From NCBI GenBank assembly GCA_040285745.1, contig JAUFOR010000002.1, positions 1 to 64,000 of the forward strand: DNA of 64,000 nt. Reading direction: 5' to 3'. The position numbers and the translations under genes were made by a program. This DNA is from Barthelona sp. PCE. Lineage: Eukaryota. The first letter of the stretch is position 1. Each line of letters opens with the position of its first letter. This document shows, piece after piece, positions 11,814-21,927 of the stretch. The notes beneath the pieces are model-generated. The model was given only the letters and a program-made list of their open reading frames with translations. It searched no databases and was not told where the DNA came from.

Positions 11814-13361
11814 TTATATTAATAAAATTATTACTATGAGTAAGAGAAAAAAAGCAAACAATAAAATCAACTTTGAATAAATACTGTTCAATTTGTATGA
11901 TAACTTCTCCAAACATCCCATATTAATATCCCCCCTCTCTTGTTCTTCTTGTTCTGATGTGATTACAGAAAAGCAATCATCTGTGAAAGTAATTCTTGAA
12001 TCGCCAATTTCAACAAAATCTGAGTCAAAACCTTCTTCTCAACTAAAAGTATCCAATTTCTTAAAGGTATAAACTCTGCACAATTATCAATATTAGCATG
12101 TACAAGCCTCTTAATACTCACAAATTCTCCACTGCTATCTATCACTCCATGAAAAAATCGTCCATCAAGAGAAACTGCCACAATGTTATCATTAAATATT
12201 ATTGATTTTGGATAATCTACAAACGTTTCTCTGCAAATAACAACTTCCTTTTCCATATTAATCAAAATTATGGTATTTTCAGTTGTATCTGTAACACATA
12301 ATACCAAATACTTACAATTTCCTGACATCTTATAGCTATTAGCATGGTTAAGAAAAATTCCAAGAGAAATTGCACATTCTTCACTCTTAATAAAAAGAGC
12401 GCAATCTTTTTTTGGATCAGAAATCAATTTAAAATTTAAATACTCATCTATAATGTTCATAACTCCGCTATTCTCAAAATCCTCATCCGAGTCCTTGGAA
12501 AGCGGTAAAAATAGGTATATTTGTTCCAACTTCATTATCAATCTCCTCAGCCATTACATTCAATGAAGAGTTTCTTTCTTGTAAGCCATAATTCTGTGCC
12601 GTGCTGATAGTATACAAATCAGTGCTTGGAAAAGAGATGGTGACAATAAGATCTTCGTCATTATGCATAGTATTACGCACATTAAACGTATAAACATTGT
12701 CTAATGAGTTGAACGAATCGATACTTTCTGAAATTACAAATGGCAAAACCGTTTGCTCCTTTGAGGAGAGTTTAATAAGGCCCATCACGCAATCACTGCA
12801 ATTCGTTTGCTTTGTAGTAACAATCCAACTGTGTGGACATAATAAGAAGCTTGTGATTGGAAATGGAAGATTGTGTTGACTTTTTTCAATTAAAGATCCA
12901 CTTTTTAAGATCATGTATGTTGTTAAAACCTGTTTGTTAGTCCAAAGAGCGCCCAAAATTTGGTCAAACACACCTACAAATGTGTGGGTTCCTTCTAAAA
13001 CAACCTGTCCAAGAATTTGAAGGATACCTTCATTTTTATCGTATTTGAACGTACGGTAATGTGTTTTTGGAACTTCACCTTCTTCATCAACTACTCCAAC
13101 AGCGCCGTACATGCTACCACATGTAATAGAACAATTATTATTGTTGAGCATTGAACAGAACTCATTATCGAGTGATGAATTAATGATTGAACCAAAGTTC
13201 TTCAAGAAGAGAGTTAATTTCCATGAATTATCATAAGCAGAGTGAATTAACAATATCCTTGAAGTCATGAAGGTGCAACTACAGACACAGTCAGGTGCTT
13301 CAGCACCCATAACAGGTATTATACTAACATTTTTGCGAGATTCATATGTTTTGCAAGTCAT
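11814..13361 (-). CDS. Hypothetical ~515-aa protein with C-terminal TM (tail-anchored-like), split by two homopolymer indels
   Basis: ORFs 12483-13361 and 11963-12541 join at the run 12507-11. A second correction at 12027-30 opens ..KVFDSDFVEIG..KLILLFAFFLLLIVIILLI* ending at 11814. Confidence 0.65.
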
Positions 13362-13571
13362 AAAGAATACAAAAATAAAAACATTTACAATCCATTTGTA
13401 CCACTATTATAGATGACTTCACAGGGGCTGAGTTCTCTCGGATACATGCATGTTTACTGACAGATATCTAGTTGGATGGCGTGAATAAGTTCCTAAGCTC
13501 GAGGTCGGGTAATTGAGTTCCCACCCCATAAAAAATAGTAAAAAAAAAAGAGAAATCCGGAATGTACGATA

Positions 13572-13776
13572 AAGGACGTAATTCGGACAGCACATTCATG
13601 AGTCACAGATTCACTCTGCCATGAGTTCCGTCAACCACATGCTTCCATCATTCAACAAGGACGTAATTCGGACAGCACATTCATGAGTCACAGATTCACT
13701 CTGCCATGAGTTCCGTCAACCACATGCTTCCATCATTCAACAGAGTTCCGTCAACCACATGCTTCCATCATTCAAC
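13572..13776. repeat. 85-bp tandem duplication (2 exact copies) plus a 34-bp third partial copy
   Basis: AAGGACGTAATTCGG...CATCATTCAAC at 13572-13656 and 13657-13741; GAGTTCCG...TTCAAC again at 13743-13776. Confidence 0.95.
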
Positions 13777-13817
13777 AAACAAACAAAATCCAAACGTTCA
13801 AAAATTTGATGCAAAAA

Positions 13818-13889
13818 TACTCCCGACGAGACTTGAACTCGCGACCTTTGCCTCATAAGAGCAACATTCTACCACTAAATTACGGGAGT
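13818..13889 (-). tRNA. tRNA-Ile (anticodon UAU), intronless
   Basis: Minus strand: ACTCCCG/CGGGAGT acceptor stem, D loop AGTGGT, TTGCT-CTTATGA-GGCAA anticodon arm, GCGAG-TTCAAGT-CTCGT T arm, discriminator A, then T5 terminator. Confidence 0.93.
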
Positions 13890-14359
13890 AACAATGCATC
13901 ATATGCATCATAAAACGGAAATGACTGAGTAAAAAAAATTAGATTACATCAGAATTACGATCATAATAATAAAACAGTGGTATAGGACAAAAAGAAGCTT
14001 GTTTTCCGGAGTTTCACAGAACATCATTCTCAAAAAATCGGATTAAATTGGTCTATGATTCTTTTTTGTAGAAATAATTTTTTTCTTCAATTTTACAATA
14101 TATTCATATTTAAAGTAATAGATAGATGAATACAATTAATTATGAATTGATAACAGGACTGATAAGGCAAATGAAATGCAATACCATATTGTTTTTTTCG
14201 CAGTTTTTTTTTGCAAAGGTTTTCTATTGCTATTAATTATTTTAAGTTGTTAAAAAAGAATATATGTACATATTTATTCTGCTGAAAAACTGCAACACTT
14301 AAAGAAATGTTTAGAAATGGTAATAAAAACAAAAACAAAATGACGGTATTTACAAAAGG

Positions 14360-15496
14360 TTACATTGGTGGGGCAACTGTCGCTTGATTTATACGTTGTA
14401 AGATGGCTCGCAAAATCTCAGATTCATCCATAGAAGAATTTCTGATGCTGTTAAGCAAAAATTTCTCTAGGTCGCTCCTCTGAGCTAAAATATATTGTGA
14501 AAGAACACGAAGCTTCTTCAACTTTTGGTTCTTCATGACAACAAGCTTTCGTAACGCCTGAATTTCCAACGCTTGTTCTTCCAATAAACCTCTTAAATCA
14601 TCGCGCTGTTGCTGTAGTGAGTTTTTATGTCGACTACGAAGCTCTGTGTACTTTTTCTCGATCTCTTGCAACCTTTCCTGCAGCCCTGCAATCTTTTTAT
14701 CCTTTCCAATGGCCATATTTAACTGTTCACTAATCATATCCTTCTCCAACGCTCTTCCAAGTCCTACACGCTCCAACTGAGCCTTGAGCCCTACATTCTC
14801 TTCACGCAGCTTCTTATTATCGGCTACGATCCAACGCATTTCCTCATCAAGTGTCTTTAGCTTAACCACTACATCTTTGTTACGCTTGAACACCTCCTTA
14901 GAAACTTGTTCCTTAATATGCTCATTCATATTACCACGGATGTCTTCCTGACGTTTGAGCAACCTCTGACGCTCAAGAGAGTGAACTTCCTGCAAACGTT
15001 GATATTTTGACTCCCAGTTTTGGTTAAGCTCAGCCAGTTGTCCTTCAAGCCCTTCATGCAGCTTATCATACTTCTGCTTGTTCTCTCTGAACTCATTGAG
15101 TACATCAAGCTCGTCTTTGAGGTTATCAATAGTTTTTTGTGAAATACTTAACTCTTCATGATGTTGTTGCTCATTCTTTTCAAGTCTCTCCTCTGTGCCT
15201 ATCTCAATTTGCTCAACAACAAGAATTTGTCGCTCTAAATCCTTTTCAAGCGTAAAAATTCGTCTCGTTTTATCATCTAGTTCATTTTGTAGACGCATGG
15301 TAATGGAACTATGCTCCCTCATTTCCCTTTCCTTCTCTTTTGAAAGGTTTTTATAGGATTCACGTAAATCGTAAAGTTCTTTCAAAACAAGCTCATATCT
15401 TTGGTTTTCAAGTTTTTCATGTGCTAAGTTTGCCTTCTCATGTAATAAAAACTGAGATACAGCTGGGGGAAGATCCTTCTCTTTTGTTCTGCTCAT
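14360..15496 (-). CDS. BBOF1: Basal body-orientation factor 1 (CCDC176)-like coiled-coil protein
   Basis: Coiled coil with C-terminal MKNQKLKKLRVLSQYILAQRSDLEKFLLNSI, matching BBOF1-family ILxxRxEVExFFLxAL; likely start MSRTKEK. Confidence 0.7.
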   Translation of the reverse strand: MSRTKEKDLPPAVSQFLLHEKANLAHEKLENQRYELVLKELYDLRESYKNLSKEKEREMREHSSITMRLQNELDDKTRRIFTLEKDLERQILVVEQIEIGTEERLEKNEQQHHEELSISQKTIDNLKDELDVLNEFRENKQKYDKLHEGLEGQLAELNQNWESKYQRLQEVHSLERQRLLKRQEDIRGNMNEHIKEQVSKEVFKRNKDVVVKLKTLDEEMRWIVADNKKLREENVGLKAQLERVGLGRALEKDMISEQLNMAIGKDKKIAGLQERLQEIEKKYTELRSRHKNSLQQQRDDLRGLLEEQALEIQALRKLVVMKNQKLKKLRVLSQYILAQRSDLEKFLLNSIRNSSMDESEILRAILQRINQATVAPPM

Positions 15497-15548
15497 GATA
15501 GGGAAAAAAAAAAATCTCACACGTTTTATTGTACGGGTTTGTATAAAT

Positions 15549-16331
15549 TTACCATTCAAATCCGTTTCTTTCATAAACACGACCCTCACTTTGAAAGTAA
15601 AGAGTAAAGGAATCGTTTGCTAGCTCAAGTCTTATATCTGCCATATCTTTGATAGTATTGTGGGTATCTCCTTCGATAAAGAGCATGAAACAGTTCCAAT
15701 GGTGTGCAAGATCGGCAATATGTCTATGTATTCGCAAAGCACACTCCTTGGGAGCTGTTTCTAATAATAGGTCAATTCTGTTAAAGATTGAAATCATAAA
15801 ATGTGTACCATTTGACGATATACAGTGCTGCACTGCATCATTGAACTCATTAAAGCTGTGGACGTCCATAAAAGTACAAAAATTTTTTTGTGACTCAGTT
15901 AGAGTGCGTAAAATAGTACCTATTGGATCACACACAAGAATTCTATTCTCAGAACTCAACGAGGGCCGTTTAAAAAAAGATTTAACAAATCGATTGATAC
16001 AAATATGGTCCTTACCTGTCAAAGAAACAACTTTCTTTGTTCTTGACACGGGAGTGGACCCATTAGCCAAAACAAATGCATCTATTGCTGGAATATTAAA
16101 CGGTATAGGGACAGAAAGCTCAACATTACGTACCATTTCATCCAGTGATGTTTCAACTATATAGTGCCTTGAAATAGAATCAAAAATTTCCATACGTTCA
16201 TTGTCCTGCAGGATCTTTAGCTTATTGGTTCCAGAAAGAATTTTGTCAACAGTTGTAAGTCTTAATCGCTCTAATTCGTTTTGTAAATGATCACAAAGCC
16301 CCAACTGGTCAAATCTAATATTCTCAGCCAT
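15549..16331 (-). CDS. Divergent RecA/Rad51-paralogue-like protein, Walker A degenerate
   Basis: N-terminal helical region (LERLRLTTVDKIL); IPFNIPAIDAFVLANG..VVSLTG resembles IPTGxxxLDxxLGGG..ELxG; ISIFNRID Walker-B-like strand. Confidence 0.45.
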   Translation of the reverse strand: MAENIRFDQLGLCDHLQNELERLRLTTVDKILSGTNKLKILQDNERMEIFDSISRHYIVETSLDEMVRNVELSVPIPFNIPAIDAFVLANGSTPVSRTKKVVSLTGKDHICINRFVKSFFKRPSLSSENRILVCDPIGTILRTLTESQKNFCTFMDVHSFNEFNDAVQHCISSNGTHFMISIFNRIDLLLETAPKECALRIHRHIADLAHHWNCFMLFIEGDTHNTIKDMADIRLELANDSFTLYFQSEGRVYERNGFEW

Positions 16332-16367
16332 GAGAAGAGTTAAAAAAAAGCAAAACAACACTAATAT

Positions 16368-17978
16368 TTACATTGGGATAGAGCTCTTCCACAGTGCAAC
16401 AACACCTGCACGTGATGTAGAAGCAAGCACAGCCTTCGTTCTGCTTATCTGGACGTCATATATCGTGTTCAAATTGGCTTCATGTTGACATAAATCATAA
16501 AGATCTTTTTTAAGGCCAGTATTTACGTCATAACACCCAAGACCATCTGATTGGCTGCCGCAGTACACAATCTTGTCCTTGTTCCCGAAACAGCAGCGCA
16601 CAAAATTCTCAGAGGTGTTGTGGATGCCTTTTATGGATTTGAACAATTTTTGCATGCGTAAATCCCACAATCTTAACGTGTGGTCCTTACCAACGCTCGC
16701 AAGCATCATACTGTCAGAACTGAGGGCGATCGAAGAAACTTCATGCAAATGAGCATTATGTTGATGAACGCAAGCTCCACTCAGCACATCCCATACTTTG
16801 ATAGAGCGGTCCTTCGACGAGGAGTACAGGAGGGAGCCATAGTGCGGGATGGCGAGATCTGTGACAGAGTTGCTATGACCTTTGAAGCATGTAACTTCAG
16901 TGCCTGTCACACTATCAACCATTGATATCTCAGCTGAAAAACCCGCTGCAAAAATAAAGTCACGGAACGGGTGCATCACGATTGAATATATGTCATTATC
17001 AAGTCTTGTGTGGCTTAGCATTTCCAATGTTCTTGGCTCGAAAAAATGTATATCACCCTGTGAGCAGCCAACAACTGCAAGATTCTCATTAGCTGCAACG
17101 TCCCACACACGTTTCGTCAGAGATATCTCTCTCTCCTTATTGAATACCGTTCCATACTCGTCACCCACAAAAAGAGCAACATCACCCACAGAGTTTGCAC
17201 TAATCAGAGATGTGGGACTTATCCACGCGCATGCTTTAACAGCGCTTACGCGGTTTTCCATCTCTAGAACGGAGTGTAAGTGGTCAGGAATGACTGTCGG
17301 TTCGTGATCGGAAAAAAAGGTGTCAACCTGCGCTTCCTCATGCGGTACCTGCGCCAGCTGATGCTGTAATGCCTGTCCTAGCAGCGTAGTCAACCGACCA
17401 TGTGGTGGAGATACGTCTGAAAGCATCTCATCAACATTGTTCTGAGTTAAAATATTAAAAAGATCAACAAGCTCAGTACGATCCACTGTGCTCCAATTTT
17501 TGAGACTGTCCACATCATCAACGCGTTTGCACGTCAGCAGGTAACACAATGTATGGAAATCGCCCTTCTTATGCTCATTACGCTCAAGACGCTTTAAAAA
17601 CCGCATCAAGACAATCTGTGCAGTTGAGTACTCCTCTTTATGCATAAGTTCAAGGAAATGTTGCCTGTACATGCGATAAAGAAACTGTTTCTTCCCGCGG
17701 AAATCCACTTCATGTAATAAATCTTCAACTGTATGGAAATCTCCCTCTACGAGACTGGACACGACACGCTGTGAAACATACATGTTGATAGATCCTTTTG
17801 ATCGTACCAGAGATGCTTCATCGTTTAGAATTCTTGCAGATTGAATCAAGTTTTGTTCTTTCAGGTATTCTGAAATTAAGATAAGAATCTCCTGGCGGCC
17901 CGCGTCCGAGTTGAGAAGATGTTGTGGTTCTTCTTCAGTCATCGGTTGTGAAATGGTAAGAAATTGAGCTACATTCAT
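16368..17978 (-). CDS. LisH/CTLH + WD40 repeat protein (SMU1-like)
   Basis: LisH LISEYLKEQNL..SARIL, PPHGRLTTLLGQAL, several GH..WD repeats. Confidence 0.8.
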   Translation of the reverse strand: MNVAQFLTISQPMTEEEPQHLLNSDAGRQEILILISEYLKEQNLIQSARILNDEASLVRSKGSINMYVSQRVVSSLVEGDFHTVEDLLHEVDFRGKKQFLYRMYRQHFLELMHKEEYSTAQIVLMRFLKRLERNEHKKGDFHTLCYLLTCKRVDDVDSLKNWSTVDRTELVDLFNILTQNNVDEMLSDVSPPHGRLTTLLGQALQHQLAQVPHEEAQVDTFFSDHEPTVIPDHLHSVLEMENRVSAVKACAWISPTSLISANSVGDVALFVGDEYGTVFNKEREISLTKRVWDVAANENLAVVGCSQGDIHFFEPRTLEMLSHTRLDNDIYSIVMHPFRDFIFAAGFSAEISMVDSVTGTEVTCFKGHSNSVTDLAIPHYGSLLYSSSKDRSIKVWDVLSGACVHQHNAHLHEVSSIALSSDSMMLASVGKDHTLRLWDLRMQKLFKSIKGIHNTSENFVRCCFGNKDKIVYCGSQSDGLGCYDVNTGLKKDLYDLCQHEANLNTIYDVQISRTKAVLASTSRAGVVALWKSSIPM

Positions 17979-18308
17979 TACTCTATTTAAATACTATTAA
18001 CATGCTTTTTTACTTGTTTTTATACAGGATGAAACCTTTAAATAGACTTAATACAATTTTGCGTACACCTGCACATTTTTATGTTTCAATTTTTTGCTCA
18101 TTTTCGATTACTACCTGAAAAATTCATTTCTATATGTCAGAGTGCCATATTGCAGAAGAGTGCACAAAAAAAGAATTGGTTTTTGGTCAATTTCTTTCAA
18201 CATTATTTAACATATAGTTGTGAGGTATTTGTTCATATTTCTCAGTGTAAGAGTTAACAAGAAACGTTCGAAAAGTTGTTTTCAGAAAATTATTTCATTT
18301 CAAGTTAG

Positions 18309-19661
18309 ATGCGCTTTTTTTCGCGTATTATAGATGGTTTTAGGGGAGCTATGCAGAAGAAGGACCCAAAAATCCACTCAAATATTAGTAATTTTCAAAG
18401 ACCAAGTCCAAACAGACCGAAGCGTACTGTTCGAAATGAAACAGCTAAATTCGTAAGTAAGTACGGGGACAACCTCTTTTATTCTCCCGCTTATAAAGGT
18501 CAAAGAATAAGTGAAGTCAAAGCAAAACATGTTAATCAATCATCCGTTTCCCCATTACGGTTTTCAATGTTAGAGACACCTGCTGCAGTTCATAGGAAGT
18601 CTCCAGCAGGGATAACAACCGATCGATTCAATTTCATTACTGAAACTCCGAAACGGACCCCAAATTCATCTTACAAGCACAGGCGGCGACGTAAACAGAT
18701 TGATGATGTGCTCATGTCGTCTAGCCTCGTCCTTTCACAAATGCGCGATATACGTGAGCGCAGTCGGAAGACCAGAACAATGTATAGTCTACCCTCAGAG
18801 TTTGATAGCATTGACACGAGTCAGCTGCTCAATCTGAACGATAGATGTCCACTTGGCAGGGTCGCTGGGCAAGCTGTATTTGGTAAGACCCTTAAATCTT
18901 TGCTTTCTGGTGGATGGTTGGATGATAGTGCTATGAACGTTTGTATGAGTATGATTGGCGAATTTGCAACAGAAAATGTTGTCGTTCTCAGCACTTTTCT
19001 TTCTGCAGCGCTCAGTGCGGCCAACTATGATACAGCGCATCGTCTATGTCGTAAGCAACCGCTTTTTTGCTCATCGCAGACGGTGTTGATTCCGTTTCAT
19101 GTAGACGGTAACCACTGGATCATGATTGCGATTTGCTTTCGCTCAAGGTGCGTTTATCTGTATGATTCGCTTGCAAAGTATCCTGGGAGCACAGAGAAGG
19201 TATCTTTGGCAGATAGGAACCAGTTAAAGACGATTTCTAGCAAAACCATAACACTACTATCCTTACTATTCCGATTTTTAAAGAGCGAGGCTCAGCACAG
19301 GAGGAAGATATTTGAGCCACAACTGTTTAACGTGTGCCTTCCCGGAAAACTGGCTCCCCAACAGAACAATCTTGATGATTGTGGTGTCTTTGCGTTGATG
19401 ATTGCAGAGTTTCATTCAAAATCATCACAGCGCTTTCCTTTTGTATCATTTCCGTTCACATATTCGCACATCCCAGATGTACGGAAGAGATATGCTCTTC
19501 AGATAGTCTCAAAGAAAGAATTGCTTTCAGGGATTAGTTTTACACCTTTTTTCTCAATAGATTTTGCTTCTATTCATATCAGAAACCATGAATACATACA
19601 GTCCTTGTACAGGCAAGATGATAGTAGTGATGATGACATAATAATTGTTCGCAAAGTGTGA
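18309..19661 (+). CDS. Ulp1/SENP SUMO protease (peptidase C48)
   Basis: WLDD, HW..YDSL and QQNNLDDCGVF catalytic motifs. Confidence 0.9.
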   Translation: MRFFSRIIDGFRGAMQKKDPKIHSNISNFQRPSPNRPKRTVRNETAKFVSKYGDNLFYSPAYKGQRISEVKAKHVNQSSVSPLRFSMLETPAAVHRKSPAGITTDRFNFITETPKRTPNSSYKHRRRRKQIDDVLMSSSLVLSQMRDIRERSRKTRTMYSLPSEFDSIDTSQLLNLNDRCPLGRVAGQAVFGKTLKSLLSGGWLDDSAMNVCMSMIGEFATENVVVLSTFLSAALSAANYDTAHRLCRKQPLFCSSQTVLIPFHVDGNHWIMIAICFRSRCVYLYDSLAKYPGSTEKVSLADRNQLKTISSKTITLLSLLFRFLKSEAQHRRKIFEPQLFNVCLPGKLAPQQNNLDDCGVFALMIAEFHSKSSQRFPFVSFPFTYSHIPDVRKRYALQIVSKKELLSGISFTPFFSIDFASIHIRNHEYIQSLYRQDDSSDDDIIIVRKV

Positions 19662-19906
19662 AATGTTGTAAATATTTCTATTTTCTAGGATTTTTGTGGT
19701 AACTGTTCGCTCAATCGGGGGGCTCTTTATGTCAAAAAATTTATAATCAAGCGAAACAGTTGCATTTTGTCAGCGATTCTATATGTTTTCTTTGACTATA
19801 TTTTAGAATAAAACAGTACTCTTTCTGCAGATGAATTGGTATAGTATTGTTTGTCATCGTGAAAATATTTGTATTCATACATAACTCCTTTTCCAAAACC
19901 GGATGC

Positions 19907-21847
19907 ATGCAGTTTCTTGAAACAGACGGTTTCTATAGTTGCACAGCGCATTTTGCAGATGCAAGTGAAGACCAGCCTCAATGGATGAGTCTAGGGGAGG
20001 GTATGCTGAGTATTTATGATGGTAACCTCGAGTTTAAACCTTATAGTGACAGTGACGGATTCAACATCCCACTGTCCTTAGGGTTTGAGTATGCAGGAGG
20101 CACTACTATTAGCTACCGATCATTTGGAGCACAAGAAGATTATTATTGCTTTGTAATGAGCTCCTATTCACATGCCTGCGGTTTACTAAATGCGATATAT
20201 AAGGATCTTGATGAATATGTTGAGTTTCCAGAGCCCACAGTGGAAAATATTGATGTCCTCACAGCTCGTTTGGAAGGTCTCTCAGCTGAGGGTAAATACG
20301 TGGTTATTCCACCGGCAATCCTTCGCGACAGCTTTGTTTTACTAACTAATTTGGCTGAACTGTTGCAGGATAATGTCGACGATGAATCTTTAAAGCGAAA
20401 GGTCATGAATTTCTTATTTAACGCGCTTGGATGCGTTCCAACGGACGTCTTTAACTTTATTGCGGCAGATGACGCATTATTCGAGTCGCTGGCGTTTCTG
20501 TGCAGCCATGACGCTGACATCCCACAACACCACCGAGTTTCATGGCTTGAGTATCTCACCGACCACGCCCCCTCCACGCCGTTCATTCTCTCGCATGAAC
20601 TTCACGCCCTTGCGGTTAGGGCGTACAGATTGAATATGATGAAAGACTCATTGCTAACGCGCTTCATGGACAGACTGACGCTTCCGCTCCAGGCCTTCAC
20701 AAGCGACACGTTCTCCGTCTCCCTCGCGCTGGCTGAGATATACGCTGCTGTTCTTGTGCACTCAGACTTCATCAACGACAAAAACGCCGACGAGCTGGCA
20801 GTTGCCCTCAAGACACATAACAGTGAGTTCATATCGCGCTTCTTCGCTGCTCTGTGCAACATGTTGATGAAGAGCTCGTGCGATCTGAGACCATTTTTCG
20901 ACAACTGCAGGAGACATGGCTTCTTTGACAGATTGGTGGACTATCTTCTTTCGTTTGAGAAAACGGCATCGAACCCGTCAACAGAAACGCTGTGCGCGAT
21001 CCTGAGCGTTGTTTCGTTTGTCGATCAGACATCAAAGAACATAGAGCAGTCTTTGAAGGAGTCGCTTAGTCATGCGCTGCTCCACATAGCAATTGTTTTC
21101 GACGATGTTGGTTTAGTGTCGACGGCTCTCGATGCTATGAGACAGATTGTCGAGCTTGAATCCTTCGGGTCAGTTGTCCAAGCGATTGCAGCAGCTATGC
21201 CACAGGTTTCAAAGACGTGTCTTAGCTACATACTGCGTTTCGTCCTTTCCTTCGTCAATGATAACGTATCAATGGCTGTGCGGTCCAGTGTATGTGTTTT
21301 CTCGTCCGCACACTTGTTTCCCTTTGTCGTAAACGGGATTGATAGTTGTTCAGAAAATCTTTCCCTCATGGTGACTTTAAATCGCATGTTTTCATTTCAC
21401 ATCCAGTGTTTCTACATGTTATTCACGAACAAAGATGTCGAGGATCTCAAGAAAGTATATGCAACTCTCGAATCTGTTGGCGAGAAAAAAAATAACACCG
21501 TACTGCTAGGTTCTTACACAACGATGCGTGATACGTTTAAAAACTTCTTGGAGGTACTAGAGGCCCAACAAAACGCAAAGAAGGTACCTGTCCAGATACA
21601 GTCGCTTGAAGACGACGATTGGTTGATGGCTTCAAGTCCCTCTGTGGATAAGGCAACCCCGGTTGAGGATTTTGATGACCCAGACTTTACAGACATCAAC
21701 TCCGAGGAACAGGATGATGATTTGGATGAAGAGGATAAAGAGGAGCTTATTAGTCCCATGCAGTTTAAGAGGCAGGCGTCGTCTCGCGCTGCCGATGCAT
21801 TTCTTATTGGTACACCTCCTCCAAAGGCACAGCGTACCTTTATCTAA
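19907..21847 (+). CDS. PPP4R3: PP4 regulatory subunit 3 (SMEK/Psy2)
   Basis: EVH1-like N-terminus (QWMSLGEG), FPEPTVENI, YRLNMMKDSLLTRFMD (family YRxQYLKDVxL), acidic tail. Confidence 0.7.
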   Translation: MQFLETDGFYSCTAHFADASEDQPQWMSLGEGMLSIYDGNLEFKPYSDSDGFNIPLSLGFEYAGGTTISYRSFGAQEDYYCFVMSSYSHACGLLNAIYKDLDEYVEFPEPTVENIDVLTARLEGLSAEGKYVVIPPAILRDSFVLLTNLAELLQDNVDDESLKRKVMNFLFNALGCVPTDVFNFIAADDALFESLAFLCSHDADIPQHHRVSWLEYLTDHAPSTPFILSHELHALAVRAYRLNMMKDSLLTRFMDRLTLPLQAFTSDTFSVSLALAEIYAAVLVHSDFINDKNADELAVALKTHNSEFISRFFAALCNMLMKSSCDLRPFFDNCRRHGFFDRLVDYLLSFEKTASNPSTETLCAILSVVSFVDQTSKNIEQSLKESLSHALLHIAIVFDDVGLVSTALDAMRQIVELESFGSVVQAIAAAMPQVSKTCLSYILRFVLSFVNDNVSMAVRSSVCVFSSAHLFPFVVNGIDSCSENLSLMVTLNRMFSFHIQCFYMLFTNKDVEDLKKVYATLESVGEKKNNTVLLGSYTTMRDTFKNFLEVLEAQQNAKKVPVQIQSLEDDDWLMASSPSVDKATPVEDFDDPDFTDINSEEQDDDLDEEDKEELISPMQFKRQASSRAADAFLIGTPPPKAQRTFI

Positions 21848-21927
21848 CGCGTTATCAACACATAGCACCAGTTTAATAAATACATAGCACCAATGAATAG
21901 AACTGTTAACAATATAATTCCATGAAG

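Noticed and set aside
13410-13530. GC-richer stretch with GGGGCTGAG resembling a TPP riboswitch or RNase MRP CR-V
   Set aside because: Lacks the remaining conserved elements (CCTGAT..GCG.AGG; GAAAGTCCCC); no convincing fold assigned.
13572-13776. CRISPR-like repeat/spacer reading of the thrice-repeated 34-mer
   Set aside because: The 'spacers' are identical or absent, there are no cas genes and the context is eukaryotic; a simple tandem duplication.
13818-13889. G37 and lack of intron in tRNA-Ile(UAU) as a sign of recoding
   Set aside because: Intronless G37 Ile-UAU tRNAs are known in other eukaryotes such as plants; genes here use the standard code.
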